Shown here piece by piece: positions 15,634 to 31,574 of a stretch of DNA of 64,000 nt. The notes under the pieces are model-generated. The model was not told where the DNA came from. It searched no databases and saw only the letters and a list, made by a program, of their open reading frames with translations. Where the stretch lies: positions 85,808,001-85,872,000 of the forward strand of contig OZ024742.1 in the NCBI GenBank assembly GCA_964016885.1. The letters are read 5' to 3'. Both the position numbers and the translations under genes were made by a program. How positions within the stretch are numbered: the first letter of the stretch is position 1; every line of letters starts with the position of its first letter. This DNA comes from Eledone cirrhosa. Taxonomy: Eukaryota.

Positions 15634-16273
15634 AAAACAAAAGAAACATAGCGATACAAAAGAACAGTTACATTAGATTCAGTTTGATGAAATTGTGAGT
15701 AGATGATAGAATGGAATGCTTGTGAGATCAAATTTAATACTGACATACCGATAAATTTCACTGACTTTCTTTCATTTCCCTTAATACATAATGGAGATCT
15801 TGATTAAACAGAATTCCAAAGAGCAAAGCACTCCCTACTTTCATTTCATATACGCCATCCGGAAAGAAGCCACTGATCTGATTGACACAGCGCCAATAAG
15901 TGTCCCGCTCCCACCTCTTGCACAGAGTTGTTCTCACTCAATCCTTTGCAATTTCCCCGCTTATAGCAAAAATTATACTCTGCTATTGGTTGTCCACGTG
16001 CGCCTCCTACTATAATGAGGATCTCGCTTCCCTCACACTTATCTCTTCGTTTAATCAAATATATTCTGCTCCGTCACAAATACCCTGCTTTAAAATATAT
16101 ACCCATTGACCCAGAACAATAGGACATTGGGATGCTTTTCCTCCACACGTTTTAGGTGAATGTTTCAATGTGCAAATCTTTAAACTGAATACCTACTGCA
16201 CGAATCTAATCAATAAGGGAGGATCGGCAGAATACCTGAGCACATACACTTCATAAATAATAAATTAAATGTG

Positions 16274-16304
<31 letters not shown>

Positions 16305-17380
16305 ACGAGATGGTGTTGAAACGTTGGTCTCTTGACCCTGGTACAGATGCTTGGTCTGAGGCCCACGTTACCGAGTTTTTTTTAAATGGCTTAGAAAACA
16401 GGACTCCTGGAATAAGCATGTGAATCTGAGAAGAGAATATGATGAATAAAAACATGATTAACTGATCCTCCTGTATTTTATTTTTACCCAAAGCTCTCTC
16501 TCTCTATATATATATATATACAGAGTGAGAGAGAGAGAGAAAGAGAGAGTGGAGATACTACCTCGGCTTAAGACTCACTCTACACATTTTATTATGCGTG
16601 CACGTTAGAATAGAAGATTCTTACCAGTTTTTCCAGCGCATCGTTTTAGATTTTTCTATGGGTTAAACCGTCTAAAGTTGAAAGTAATATGTTGATAGAC
16701 TACATAACTTATATGCATTGTGCATGATTTAATTTGATAACATTCAGCAATGTTTCTTCTAATAATATGCCAAAGTTTATTATGGTCAAGTTCACAAGCA
16801 CTCAGCTTCTGGATATTCAGAGGATGTTGCAAATTGTGAACAAATGTAAACGAATTAATAGTTGATAATCAAATATTAAAAGCAATAAAAGTTAACACAA
16901 TTTATGCACATTCATGAACTTCTTCCCCTTTTTCTTTGTTTTGCACGTGGAGAGAGTAGCTGTTGGGCCGGAAACTACACATTTGCAAAGTGGATGTTTA
17001 TTACAATGTAATTATTGGATTTTGAAGTGTTTTATCGTCCCATGTCGGTAGCGTTAATTTTCCGACATCGGATATCGTTTCGAAGTCAAAACATGTATTG
17101 TGTTCTTATGCTTCCCGATAATTCTCCACGATAAAAATAACATAAAATGTTCGAATAAATATACAAAATTTCACCGATATAATATATACTGTTCGTCAAA
17201 TTTGCTGAACCTTCGCAAAATGAAAAATGAAAAAATAAATTTTACAATTTAAAAAAAAAAGATCTACTGAAATAATAACTTCTTCTTCTTGTTGGATGGA
17301 GCCCTCCACTGAAATGTACTGAAATGGAATTATGACAACGTGAATATAAACCAAATTAAAATAAAGATATATATATATAT

Positions 17381-17480
17381 AATAATTGTTTCTCCTTTTG
17401 GCACAAGGCCAGCAATTACCAGTGCATTACTGGTAATTTATTTTATCGACCCGTAAGGATGAAAGGCGAAGTTAACCTAC
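17381..17480 (-). mobile_element. 5'-truncated SINE copy
   Basis: Matches the 3' half of the 6311 SINE in reverse complement. Confidence 0.8.
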
Positions 17481-17499
17481 CGGTGGTGCCCCATCCGAT

Positions 17500-17860
17500 C
17501 AGATCTCAAGATCGATAGGAAAATCAGCAATAGACTGTGCATTTGGCAGACTGTAATAATCCGTGTAGGACCATGATCATCTGAAGAAGTGTACCAAGAT
17601 CTGAATGTACAGTTCCATGGTTCTTAGCAACATACTATATGACTCGGAATCATATGTCATTTATCATCACCACATACAACTCTTCAAGCGCTTCTATCAG
17701 CGCTGCCTCCGACCCATTCGCTGGGGAGACATTGTCACCAATGCTGAAATACTTGAACGGGTGAAGGTCACCAGCGTCGAGACCATGCTGCTGAAGTCCC
17801 AACTACGCATGAAAAATCACGTCTCCAGGATGGAGGATCCTCACCTTCCCAGATTCACGC
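17500..17860 (+). pseudogene. RTE/BovB-like LINE fragment, region C-terminal of RT
   Basis: ORF 17605: ILYDSESY...FYQRCLR...VTNAEILER...SVETMLLKSQLR...HVSRMED..LPR, typical of RTE ORF C-termini. Confidence 0.8.
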
Positions 17861-18012
17861 AATTGTGTGAACATTTCACTTATAGATTCATTATATATCT
17901 TTTTGAATATCAGTTCTCAAGCTTTCTATGATAAACTCCTCAACTTTCTTGATGTATATCAAAAGCACAAAATATATTATATTTATGAGAACGTGTGACA
18001 AAACTCTATAAC

Positions 18013-18203
18013 ATAATTGTTTCTACTTTTCGCACAAGGCCAGCAACTACCCAGTACATTACTAGTAATTTATTTTATCGACCCCGTAAGGATGAAAGGC
18101 AAAGTTAACCTCGGCGGGATTTGAACACAGACCGTAAAGGGACGTAACTATGTTGGAAAGCATGGCGTCCGACTCTCTACTGATACTTCCAATCCACCGC
18201 CCT
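18013..18203 (-). mobile_element. tRNA-derived SINE copy, full length
   Basis: Reverse complement of the 6311 SINE. TSD AACTCTATAACATAAT at 18002-18017 and 18208-18223. Confidence 0.9.
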
Positions 18204-18639
18204 ACATAACTCTATAACATAATGGACAAAATAGGAAAGAGAAAGAAAAGTAAGGAAAGGAAGACAAAATGAAGAATAAAGAATTGAAACGAAGAAAGCA
18301 ATTGAATTTGGAAAATAGTGACAGACTCTACACACTTTTCTGTGCTGTATGATTCATCTGCTCTCTCCGAAAAGAACATGGTGAAATAATTTCCGCAGGG
18401 AATGGCTAGTGACACTCGATGCGACTACACTCCGTACCTCACAGCAGCTCCTTTCCGAGGTAGGCTCCAGTCTCTCTGCTTTTAGGGTTGGCAAGAATTT
18501 ACTAATCGGAGACCGAGGACACCTGACAACTTGACTTGGACCAGCAATAAAATTAATCAGTCGTTCGATCCCTCGTATATATGATTTTTTTTCCTCTCCA
18601 CAACATTGCAGATGGTGCCCGGGTTTGCGACCGATGTGA

Positions 18640-19290
18640 CAATGAGGAAGCTAGAGAACATGGTGCATCGTGTGGTGTCTCAGATTATGGATTTACCTCA
18701 TTCCTAATTACTATCACCCCGGCTGAATAGAATATGCTCCAGTTATAACACGAACCTGACACATTCGAGACTTCTTCTAATTATTTCGTTCAGAGTGATG
18801 TGTCTTGGGAATTGACCTGCGCTATGGTGGTATGATAGCATATGCAGACCGATGTCTGATTTGCCATTGGTGTAGGCCCAGGTGTATTGGGTCTCTTTAT
18901 ACTGAGGGATAGCGAGTCTGCCACTGTCCGCCATTAATTACTCTAGTTCTCGGGACATGTTAGGCTACTGTCCCGCGGGTGACCTCGCTGGTGAAGGTGC
19001 CGCTGTGGATATCATGTCAGGTCAGAATTGGATCGGAGACCGAGTCTTCCTTATTTCATAGGGAGTCACACCACTTGCTAGTTCACGCAGTCGAAGTTAA
19101 CATTGCAGAATATTTCAGCGCAACTGACACTTACTTGAGTTGAGTTCGGGGATGTTTTTCATGTGAGGGCGATGAGGTGCACAGCACAGCGTGAAGGCCA
19201 CATTGTGATTGACAATGTATTTCTTCAGAAGGAAGAGTGCCGGGTGTGTAAAAATGAGGTGCAATCACCCTGCCATGCTCCTCAGGTCAA
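18640..19290 (-). pseudogene. Degenerate CRE-like non-LTR retrotransposon fragment (zinc-knuckle/RLE region)
   Basis: ORF 18743-18934 contains GLHMLSYHHSAGQFPRHITLNEIIRRSL, resembling the CRE-clade motif H-x-L-x-C...RHxxLNDIIxR. Confidence 0.55.
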
Positions 19291-20998
19291 CATACGAGGG
19301 ATATTTCTAAAGAACCGAACTATATTAAAACCGTATGTGTAGATCCGTTCAGAAAATAATCAAAATTTGATGTGTGATGAAATATGATAAAATTCCACAT
19401 CATTTCTGTGATAAAATGTATCGACATTTGTCACGGCATCTTCTATGCATTTACAGCTTTCATTACAGCGTGGGAATTTTCTTGCAAAAGCTGAAGACCT
19501 ATAATGACGTGGGTTGTAAATTTATCTGGATCTGCTTTTTTTAAAAAAGTGATGAAATATTAAGTTGTTCAGTTAAAAATGGTTTATACGAAATACACTT
19601 ATATATACTGAAATAGCGAAACGAGACGGATAATTGAGTTTCCCTATCACGTAAGATTGCCCCATGACAAATTTCAGTTGTTTTCAAGTTATCAACAGTC
19701 CACATTCCTTTATTAAACTAGATCAAGACCATGCGTCATTTGAGTTTATATCAATTTCCGATGGAATACTAAAACATGCTCTCAAATATTACACATGTTC
19801 ATTCACGATGTAAATATTATATGCTGGCTAAATATTTTAAAATGTAACTATAATGTTTTAATTAATTATATTGATCGAGGCCTAGCATAAAATAACTCTA
19901 AACCGAACGTATCTACTGAAAAAAACGTAACATTATCCAATATATCCGACAAAAGCTTGCAACGAAACATGCTAAACACACTCTACACATGAAATAATGA
20001 ACACTAAATCACACACACATAGGATAACAAGCATCAAGTTACAAGAATTACTGGTATGCTGCCGTTGGACGCCATCTTAAATATGCATGTGCATATTTTT
20101 TATTGAAAAAACTCAATGGAGATATTCTTAACAATTGACTCATTCTATTAAATGAGCAATATTTTGTCAATTGTATAAATATAGTGCATTTTTACAATTT
20201 CCAATATGTCAAGAATATTTTCTATTAATTTGTTATATTTTATTTTATTTGGGATGTAGTACATACGCGCTTTGAAAATGAGGTTAACTGTTTTCATTTA
20301 TATTGAATTTTAACAGATTTCTAAAGGACATCGTCTATTATATTCGTTTTGAATTATTAATCCATGAAAAAATACCAATTGTATTCAACTACATAGAAAC
20401 TTACGATGTTTAATTAAAATTACGTTTCGTGAAAACGTTTGTATCGATAATCATTGATGTTCAAATTATAAATTAAATCGCTATTTTCTATTCATCAACA
20501 ATAATTTAGGCATTAATCAAATCTATACGTTTTTTTATTTTTTTTTAAGATGGGGGTTAACGTTTTAGAAACCCTAGAACGTTACACGAATTGAGCAAGT
20601 TTAAGAGCTTTTTGATGTAAGGAAGAACATTTTAAAAATAATTCCGTTTTGAAATAACGTTCTTAAAGGAAAAAATTTATAAGAAGTTTAGTTGATAATT
20701 GAAATTGTAAATCATAGAATAACAGCCCCAAACAATTAAGCAAGTGAAACATTAAATAAAAACGTTATTAATATTTCCGTGATCACAAGAAGTAAAATTT
20801 GATTGTTATGTGCTGGATATCAATGATTAGAAAAACTGTAAAGACAGAGAATGCATATCCTTAAAGAGTGTTATGAAATCACACATACCAGTGAATCATT
20901 TGCATTCTATGATCCTATGCTGCAGTCTTTCGACTAACGTCTTAATCTCACGTACGATCGCTCAATAAATCTCGTGCCTATGTGCGTACACGCACACA

Positions 20999-22314
<1,316 letters not shown>

Positions 22315-22454
22315 TAATAAAAATAATGAATAAGAACAAAGGAACAGTTCCTTATATATAAAAAAATCATCATTTTACGATCGTTTCTAGGATATATATG
22401 TGTGTGTATATCATATAGATCTATGTAAAATATTTATCTACATATATATATATA

Positions 22455-25400
22455 TATAAAGGACGTAAAATAAGAAAATATTTTTTTAAAAAAATTTAAA
22501 AAAAATTTTTTTCCTTACTTAAATTTTCACTCCAACTAATTAGTTTCTGCAATGGGATAAAGACAGTTACGTAATCCAACTGTCGAGAATTCATTGCGTC
22601 ATCAGGAAGTCTATTCTCAGTTAAGTCTCCAGGCAATGCGCGGACACTGGCGGCTCATATAAAAATAATAATAATTCGGTAGATCGAACAGCTTGCGAGG
22701 ACTGGATTCTATGTACCGAAATTCTCACTGCTTCAAGTCAAATGGCCGATTCTAAAGAATCAATCACGTGACACAGAGGCTAGTTAGAAGGAATGGGATG
22801 GTAAGATGACTGACGCCTACTAACACCCCAAAAAAAATTTTTTTTAGAAGTGGTTTTGACAAGTTTGCTCGACAAATCAGTGATTTGGAGATAAATATAG
22901 ATAATTTAATATATCAACTAACATAAGCGCACAGATGCACGCCCATGCCAGCAAATACACAGGTTATGTCATAGTACCTAGGTGGTTCAATGCAGGAGAA
23001 TGCAGAACAATAATATAAAGGACGTAAAATAAGAAAATATTTTTTTAAAAAAAATTTAAAAAAAATTTTTTTCCTTACTTAAATTTTCACTCCAACTAAT
23101 TAGTTTCTGCAATGGGATAAAGACAGTTACGTAATCCAACTGTCGAGAATTCATTGCGTCATCAGGAAGTCTATTCTCAGTTAAGTCTCCAGGCAATGCG
23201 CGGACACTGGCGGCTCATATAAAAATAATAATAATTCGGTAGATCGAACAGCTTGCGAGGACTGGATTCTATGTACCGAAATTCTCACTGCTTCAAGTCA
23301 AATGGCCGATTCTAAAGAATCAATCACGTGACACAGAGGCTAGTTAGAAGGAATGGGATGGTAAGATGACTGACGCCTACTAACACCCCAAAAAAAATTT
23401 TTTTTAGAAGTGGTTTTGACAAGTTTGCTCGACAAATCAGTGATTTGGAGATAAATATAGATAATTTAATATATCAACTAACATAAGCGCACAGATGCAC
23501 GCCCATGCCAGCAAATACACAGGTTATGTCATAGTACCTAGGTGGTTCAATGCAGGAGAATGCAGAACAATAATATAAAGGACGTAAAATAAGAAAATAT
23601 TTTTTTAAAAAAATTTAAAAAAAATTTTTTTCCTTACTTAAATTTTCACTCCAACTAATTAGTTTCTGCAATGGGATAAAGACAGTTACGTAATCCAACT
23701 GTCGAGAATTCATTGCGTCATCAGGAAGTCTATTCTCAGTTAAGTCTCCAGGCAATGCGCGGACACTGGCGGCTCATATAAAAATAATAATAATTCGGTA
23801 GATCTAACAGCTTGCGAGGACTGGATTCTATGTACCGAAATTCTCACTGCTTCAAGTCAAATGGCCGATTCTAAAGAATCAATCACGTGACACAGAGGCT
23901 AGTTAGAAGGAATGGGATGGTAAGATGACTGACGCCTACTAACACCCCAAAAAAAATTTTTTTTAGAAGTGGTTTTGACAAGTTTGCTCGACAAATCAGT
24001 GATTTGGAGATAAATATAGATAATTTAATATATCAACTAACATAAGCGCACAGATGCACGCCCATGCCAGCAAATACACAGGTTATGTCATAGTACCTAG
24101 GTGGTTCAATGCAGGAGAATGCAGAACAATAATATAAAGGACGTAAAATAAGAAAATATTTTTTTAAAAAAATTTAAAAAAAATTTTTTTCCTTACTTAA
24201 ATTTTCACTCCAACTAATTAGTTTCTGCAATGGGATAAAGACAGTTACGTAATCCAACTGTCGAGAATTCATTGCGTCATCAGGAAGTCTATTCTCAGTT
24301 AAGTCTCCAGGCAATGCGCGGACACTGGCGGCTCATATAAAAATAATAATAATTCGGTAGATCGAACAGCTTGCGAGGACTGGATTCTATGTACCGAAAT
24401 TCTCACTGCTTCAAGTCAAATGGCCGATTCTAAAGAATCAATCACGTGACACAGAGGCTAGTTAGAAGGAATGGGATGGTAAGATGACTGACGCCTACTA
24501 ACACCCCAAAAAAAATTTTTTTTAGAAGTGGTTTTGACAAGTTTGCTCGACAAATCAGTGATTTGGAGATAAATATAGATAATTTAATATATCAACTAAC
24601 ATAAGCGCACAGATGCACGCCCATGCCAGCAAATACACAGGTTATGTCATAGTACCTAGGTGGTTCAATGCAGGAGAATGCAGAACAATAATATAAAGGA
24701 CGTAAAATAAGAAAATATTTTTTTAAAAAAATTTAAAAAAAATTTTTTTCCTTACTTAAATTTTCACTCCAACTAATTAGTTTCTGCAATGGGATAAAGA
24801 CAGTTACGTAATCCAACTGTCGAGAATTCATTGCGTCATCAGGAAGTCTATTCTCAGTTAAGTCTCCAGGCAATGCGCGGACACTGGCGGCTCATATAAA
24901 AATAATAATAATTCGGTAGATCGAACAGCTTGCGAGGACTGGATTCTATGTACCGAAATTCTCACTGCTTCAAGTCAAATGGCCGATTCTAAAGAATCAA
25001 TCACGTGACACAGAGGCTAGTTAGAAGGAATGGGATGGTAAGATGACTGACGCCTACTAACACCCCAAAAAAAATTTTTTTTTTAGAAGTGGTTTTGACA
25101 AGTTTGCTCGACAAATCAGTGATTTGGAGATAAATATAGATAATTTAATATATCAACTAACATAAGCGCACAGATGCACGCCCATGCCAGCAAATACACA
25201 GGTTATGTCATAGTACCTAGGTGGTTCAATGCAGGAGAATGCAGAACAATAATATAAAGGACGTAAAATAAGAAAATATTTTTTTAAAAAAATTTAAAAA
25301 AAATTTTTTTCCTTACTTAAATTTTCACTCCAACTAATTAGTTTCTGCAATGGGATAAAGACAGTTACGTAATCCAACTGTCGAGAATTCATTGCGTCAT

Positions 25401-25842
25401 CAGGAAGTCTATTCTCAGTTAAGTCTCCAGGCAATGCGCGGACACTGGCGGCTCATATAAAAATAATAATAATTCGGTAGATCGAACAGCTTGCGAGGAC
25501 TGGATTCTATGTACCGAAATTCTCACTGCTTCAAGTCAAATGGCCGATTCTAAAGAATCAATCACGTGACACAGAGGCTAGTTAGAAGGAATGGGATGGT
25601 AAGATGACTGACGCCTACTAACACCCCAAAAAAAATTTTTTTTAGAAGTGGTTTTGACAAGTTTGCTCGACAAATCAGTGATTTGGAGATAAATATAGAT
25701 AATTTAATATATCAACTAACATAAGCGCACAGATGCACGCCCATGCCAGCAAATACACAGGTTATGTCATAGTACCTAGGTGGTTCAATGCAGGAGAATG
25801 CAGAACAATAATATAAAGGACGTAAAATAAGAAAATATTTTT
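22455..25842. repeat. Tandem array of 6 near-identical ~559-bp units plus a ~25-bp partial, flanked by (TA)n
   Basis: GGACGTAAAATAAG recurs at 22461, 23020, 23580, 24139, 24698, 25259 and 25818. The unit is homologous to, but diverged from, the 21111 palindrome unit. Confidence 0.97.
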
Positions 25843-25850
25843 ATATAGAG

Positions 25851-25931
<81 letters not shown>

Positions 25932-27023
25932 TATATATATATATATATATACATTTATTAACGGCGATGAATTAGTTTTGCTACCAACCAAACAGTGAGT
26001 GTGTTGGGTTATTAATTCTGGCAATATTACACAAATATGACCCTCCCCAAGTATAACAATATATATATTTATATATATATATATATATATATAACGAAGG
26101 AAGTGTGGTAAGGAAGCAGGTGGACCATAACCCACCAAAGTACTCATTACTTAGCGTAGTAGAGTGGGTAATAATATGTATATATATATATGTGTCTGTG
26201 TATGAAATATATTCATACACACATAAGTGTGCATTAAAATATGTCAAAGCAAAATACCTAGTTTCACCGTTAATAGGTGAAATGTATTCTGATGTTGTGG
26301 AGAATACATATGAGGGTAATATTTTGATGTTTATCAGGTATTTTGTTTTAATTTTTTTAATTAAATTTAATAAGATACTCAACGAATAATGTAATCTTAC
26401 ATTCAGTGCAGATTGTCTCTAGTCATAAGCTTTGATATATCATAATGCACGCTTATATTGTATGAATATATTTAATTCACTTTCTTATAATGATCAAGGC
26501 TCGATTTTATTCTCTGATTTCTATCTTCAGCTGTTTTTAGTGACAGGACATATGTTTGATATGTTTGATTTCGTATCATTCGTGACACCCTTTACTTTGA
26601 ACGTAATAATAATATGTCTGCTCCAGATTTTGTGAGCTGTTTAATATGTCGAGAGGTTGGACTGCTATTGCTAGTGGATGAGAAGCCTTCTTGTCGTTGC
26701 GGGTGCTAAATTCATGAATTGATACCATGTGCGTTTAGCCGCTTTCAACCCTTTAACCCTTTAAAAATCAACTTGGGATAATCTAATAACTAAGGATTTA
26801 GAAAATAGTGAGAAAGCGCGACTCAACAGGGAACATTCGTAAAACGTGAGATATCTTCAAATGACCATTAATTATGATTGTTTCGACTGGGAAGAATGTG
26901 AATGGGAAGGAAGTCAGCAAATCAATTGTAGGCAAAAGCGATGACGCGCTAGAAACAATTAAACTTTCTAGCCTAGCTTCACTCAACGAAAACGGATCAT
27001 AGAATGATTTATCAAAGAGTATA

Positions 27024-27078
<55 letters not shown>

Positions 27079-27522
27079 GATAGTTGCCTATCGGTCACCG
27101 TTTTAGCTCAATGAATGAATAAATTAAGCAAACATAGATCATCCTTGGATATATCACAATTTGAAGGTTTTATAAAAATCAATGATTAAATTTTGACTGT
27201 TGTCATTGAGTTCAAGGAATAGCCACTTATGTGTTTATTAGTCAATGTAATTATGCTCTGGATAAATTAACAACATATTTATGGCACATTGTAACTTCAA
27301 TTTAGTCATACGTTTCTACATATTTCAGACATTTCTACGCATATACAAATATATGCAATCGATGTTAAGCACATCGCTAATACATTGATACTACAGCAAT
27401 GTATTTTATATGAAGAATTTACAGCAATCAATATATTCATAATTACCATTTCTGTACTTTTGAATGTGGCACTGGAGGATTTTACAAATGTCTACAAATA
27501 TATAACAAGAAATCCATAAGAA

Positions 27523-27690
27523 AATAATTGTTTCTACATTTGGAACATTACTGGTACTTTATTTTATCGGACCCGTAAGGATGAAAGGCAAAGTCAACTT
27601 CGGCGGGATTTGAACTCAGACCGTAAAGGGCTGTAACTATGCGAGAAAGCATGGCGTCCGACCCTCTACAGATACTGCCATTCACTGCCC
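27523..27690 (-). mobile_element. tRNA-derived SINE copy with a small internal deletion
   Basis: Same family as 6311. TSD ATCCATAAGAAAATAAT at 27512-27528 and 27697-27713. Confidence 0.88.
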
Positions 27691-28319
27691 TTTTGTATCC
27701 ATAAGAAAATAATAGAATGCAACACATTTCCTCCACATATCCATCATCAGGGTTGTTTAAAGTGTATTTCAGCAAACAAATTCCTGCTGCTTTTCAAATA
27801 ATATTTTGATGCGTGATAACTCGTGAGAAAAAATTACTGTACTCGAAGCATTAGCTATTTCTTCGTATATTACTCAGATATATTGATATTTATTAGAACA
27901 TGGCTTGAGAAGTATTTCATTATTACACAAGAGCACAAGTTTATCATCAATGTTAATGAATCATTCTAGCAGAAAAGTATCACATTATTCATGAATCATT
28001 ATACGCAATGTCTCTATTTTGAATATTTTATAGCAGATACTTTTCATCATTAATGGTTTCTGAAGTGTTCTATTTCAGTATTATTTGATAACGAAGTTAT
28101 TCAAATAACATACCTGAAATTGGATTGATTATTTGTAAATTGTCATTGTATATTCAACTTAATATATCTTGCAACATATACGTTAGACATTTTTACGATT
28201 ATATATGGGGAAGGGAAAAAGAAGACTACAAAAATGTTCCACAGTAATTAAAAAGCCATATCAAATTATGCTTTTTTTCATTATTTTTCATCGATTTAGT
28301 CAGTATTGCTGCTACTAAA

Positions 28320-28325
28320 GTAGTA

Positions 28326-28384
<59 letters not shown>

Positions 28385-28454
28385 AGTAGTAGTAGTGGTA
28401 GTAGTAGTATTAGTGTTGGTCGTGGTGGTAGTTGCGGTGGTGTTGGTGGGGGTG

Positions 28455-28545
<91 letters not shown>
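28320..28545. repeat. Compound (TAG)n/(TGG)n/(TAT)n microsatellite
   Basis: Directly visible. Confidence 0.95.
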
Positions 28546-29357
28546 ATATAACATCAGTGCCAGAACAATTTTAATTAAAAGAGTTTATGACTGAAAAAAT
28601 GAATTGAAATTCCTGTGATATTTGATAAATATTGTTAGTGAAATGACTTTCTCAATTGAATGTGACAGATATATGGTGTTAAAGGCCGGAGGCAGTAAAC
28701 AGTGTAGAATATGTCGAAATATACTGAGCACGCAATAATTGTAAAGTGCTTTGCTTCAGTCCAGTTTAAGAATATTCTTAGATCAAAAGCTTGTCTCGTT
28801 AATAAAATTTGCCTGGAGGTATATTTTACGAGCTAGTATTCAAATTTAATGCCAGATATGTATGTATTATATTATAACAAGGAGCATATGGGAAAGAAAT
28901 ACTGATGATATGAACTTCGTTTATTACATTATGAAGAAACAATTCTAATTGGACGAATAAATGACTTTGGTATATTTCCAAGAATGATGCATATGCTGAA
29001 AGCCTTTCCATAACGTCTTCATGTCAAAAGTACTCCGTACACATCACTGAGTCTGAATATACGTACTAAATATTGTCTTTCTCACTTTCTATCTCTCTAC
29101 CTCTCCATCTTTCTCTTTTTATATATCTCTACCTCTCCGTCTTTCTCTGTTTCACTCTCTCTCTCTCACTCTCGCTTTCTATCTATCTATTTATCTATTT
29201 AACTATCTATCTACTTTTCTATTTTTCTATCTGTCTATCTATATAATTATCTATTTATATATTTGTGTATCTTAATATCCATCCATCTATCTATCTATCA
29301 ATCTAAATAAAGAAAGAAATATATCTATCTATCTATCTATCTATCTATTTATATATA

Positions 29358-29451
<94 letters not shown>

Positions 29452-29899
29452 TGAAGTTGGAAATAGCACGGAAAATATATTTTAGGCTCCGTTTTTCTTT
29501 GTTTATCTTTCGTCAAGGTGCCATTATTGAAAAGATGACATTGTTGAAAAAATGAGAGGGACAATTATTTTTTTAAAAAAAAGTTTTATAATCTATATAA
29601 AGTAGATAAAGTATATAAAGTATTACCGGTTTTTATGTATTATTAACATTCATCTTATCAAAATTAAAAATAATTAATAGAGTTAAAAACTAAAAATTAA
29701 AGATTTAAAATTAAAATTAAGTGTTGGAATAAGTTTTTTTCCCATCTCTCTTTGTCAAACGAGGTCTGGAGAATGAGCTCTCCTTAATAGAGAGAGGTGG
29801 TAGTGAAGATAGTTTCAGCAGTGTTAGTGGCTGTTTTTCGCAGAACAAAGTTGTTTTTTATGGGGTGCCAAGGAAACATCCTGTATATATGTGTGTGTA

Positions 29900-31500
29900 T
29901 ATCTGTTTGTGTTAATTGAGTGGTCAAGATTCAAAGGGGGATGCAAGCAAGAGGCAAATTCCATGGCAGTAGTAGGGTTGTAAAATAAATTCTATTATTG
30001 GAATATGGTTTTAAGGAGTGTGTGTGTATATATAGTTTGAGGGTTATTATATAACAATACACACATACTTGTGTGTGTGTTTCAGCCCTGTCTGTCACAG
30101 GTTCCTTTAGCAATACACATATGTGTGTGTTGGGGGAGGGGGTTAAGCCTGTCTCTCACAGTTCCCTTTGTGGTGGGAAATTAAATAAACATTTTTTTAA
30201 AAATTCAGAAAATTCTCAAACACTAAAAATTCCTAGAATTTAATTTTTGTTTATAATAAAAACAGAGCAGAGTAACAGTAGTGGCTCTCAAACAGGAAAC
30301 TTCTCGAAACAGTAATTTTGTCTCTCTCATTTTGTGGTGTGTGTGTGGAGTGGGGATGGGGGCTAATGGGGTGATTACATATTTAGTTTTGGATTAAGTT
30401 TGTTATTACAAAGTTTTTCCTTATTTATTCTTTGTTGGTGAATCGGGGAACATGTAACGGGGGAAGATTTTAAGTTGTGTAGAGTCATTCCTGCACAATC
30501 TGCAATGTGGCTACTTAAGGGGGCTTTCCTTGCGTTTACGTACAGCCGCCGCATGTGAATACATAGAACATATTCTCCGAGTTGCAAGTGAAGTTGTTTT
30601 TCACTTGAAAGTTTGGCCATCTTTAAACCTGAATTCATGTTCTTCAGTTAAGTATTGACATGTTCGACAGTTTGTTCTTCCGCATCTTGTTACCGTAAGG
30701 TTGGAGATAGGCTTCTGTATCTTTGATGTGAATAGGACGAAATGTTTGGAGTCCGTGGGTTTATAAAAGATGTATGTTTCTATTTTTGCCATCCATTTTT
30801 AGAATGTCTCTCATTCCATTGTGAATTGTAAATTTGAAAAGAGTGAGTGGATGCATGTCTTCCTGCCATAGTATGAAACACTCGTGTAGGTATCTCTTCC
30901 AATTCTTTTTGAGACGTGTAAGGAAAGAGTCTTCGAATAATAGAAGGAATTGGTTGTAGATTTGTTGTTCGTGGAATCCCATGACTAAGCTGTCGTATGT
31001 GGGAGCTATCTTTGTGTCCATTTCAGTCCCTGAGATGTGTCGGTATGCTGAGTCATGGAAAGTAAATAAATCATTTTTTAAGATAAATCGGAGTCCATCA
31101 ATAATGAAGTTTTTGTTGATGCGTGTCGGTATTTCATATTGGTGAGTTTCTAGCCAATACCGGATTGCTGTTATTCCATAGTTATAGGGTATGTTAGTGT
31201 AGAGGTTTACTACGTTAAAGGAGACAAGAGTAGGGTTTTCACTTATTGTTTTGGGTAGGTGGTTCAGCATATCAAGGTCATCTCGTATGTAGCTCTGTAT
31301 ATGTTTTGATGGAATTTTTAAGTTTTAGGAACTTGTTGAATTTTGAAGAAAATATATTTTTCTATTTCCCGGCACAAAGGGACCTGTGACAGACAGGCTG
31401 AAAAGCACCCACTCACACACCCCACCCACCCCACACACATGTGAGACGTGACAGACAGGCTGAGAAGAAAACATACACACACATGTGTGTATTGTTATAT
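29900..31500 (-). mobile_element. Degenerate 5'-truncated Neptune-like Penelope element with inverted 3'-UTR segment
   Basis: ORF pieces 30761-31270 (LVSFNVVNLYTNIP, WKRYLHECF), 30601-30792 (CGRTNCRTC) and 30375-30638 align with the 48038-50388 protein, with an internal deletion. 31325-31500 is a diverged inverted copy of ~30040-30235. Confidence 0.85.
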
Positions 31501-31574
31501 ACTTCACCTTTTCTCTATATCCGCTGTTTTGTGTAGAACCTTACTTCCCTTTTCTAATATATATATATTTGAGC

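Noticed and set aside
19292-19540. Mariner-like TIR start (TACGAGGG)
   Set aside because: No matching second TIR or transposase sequence could be identified.
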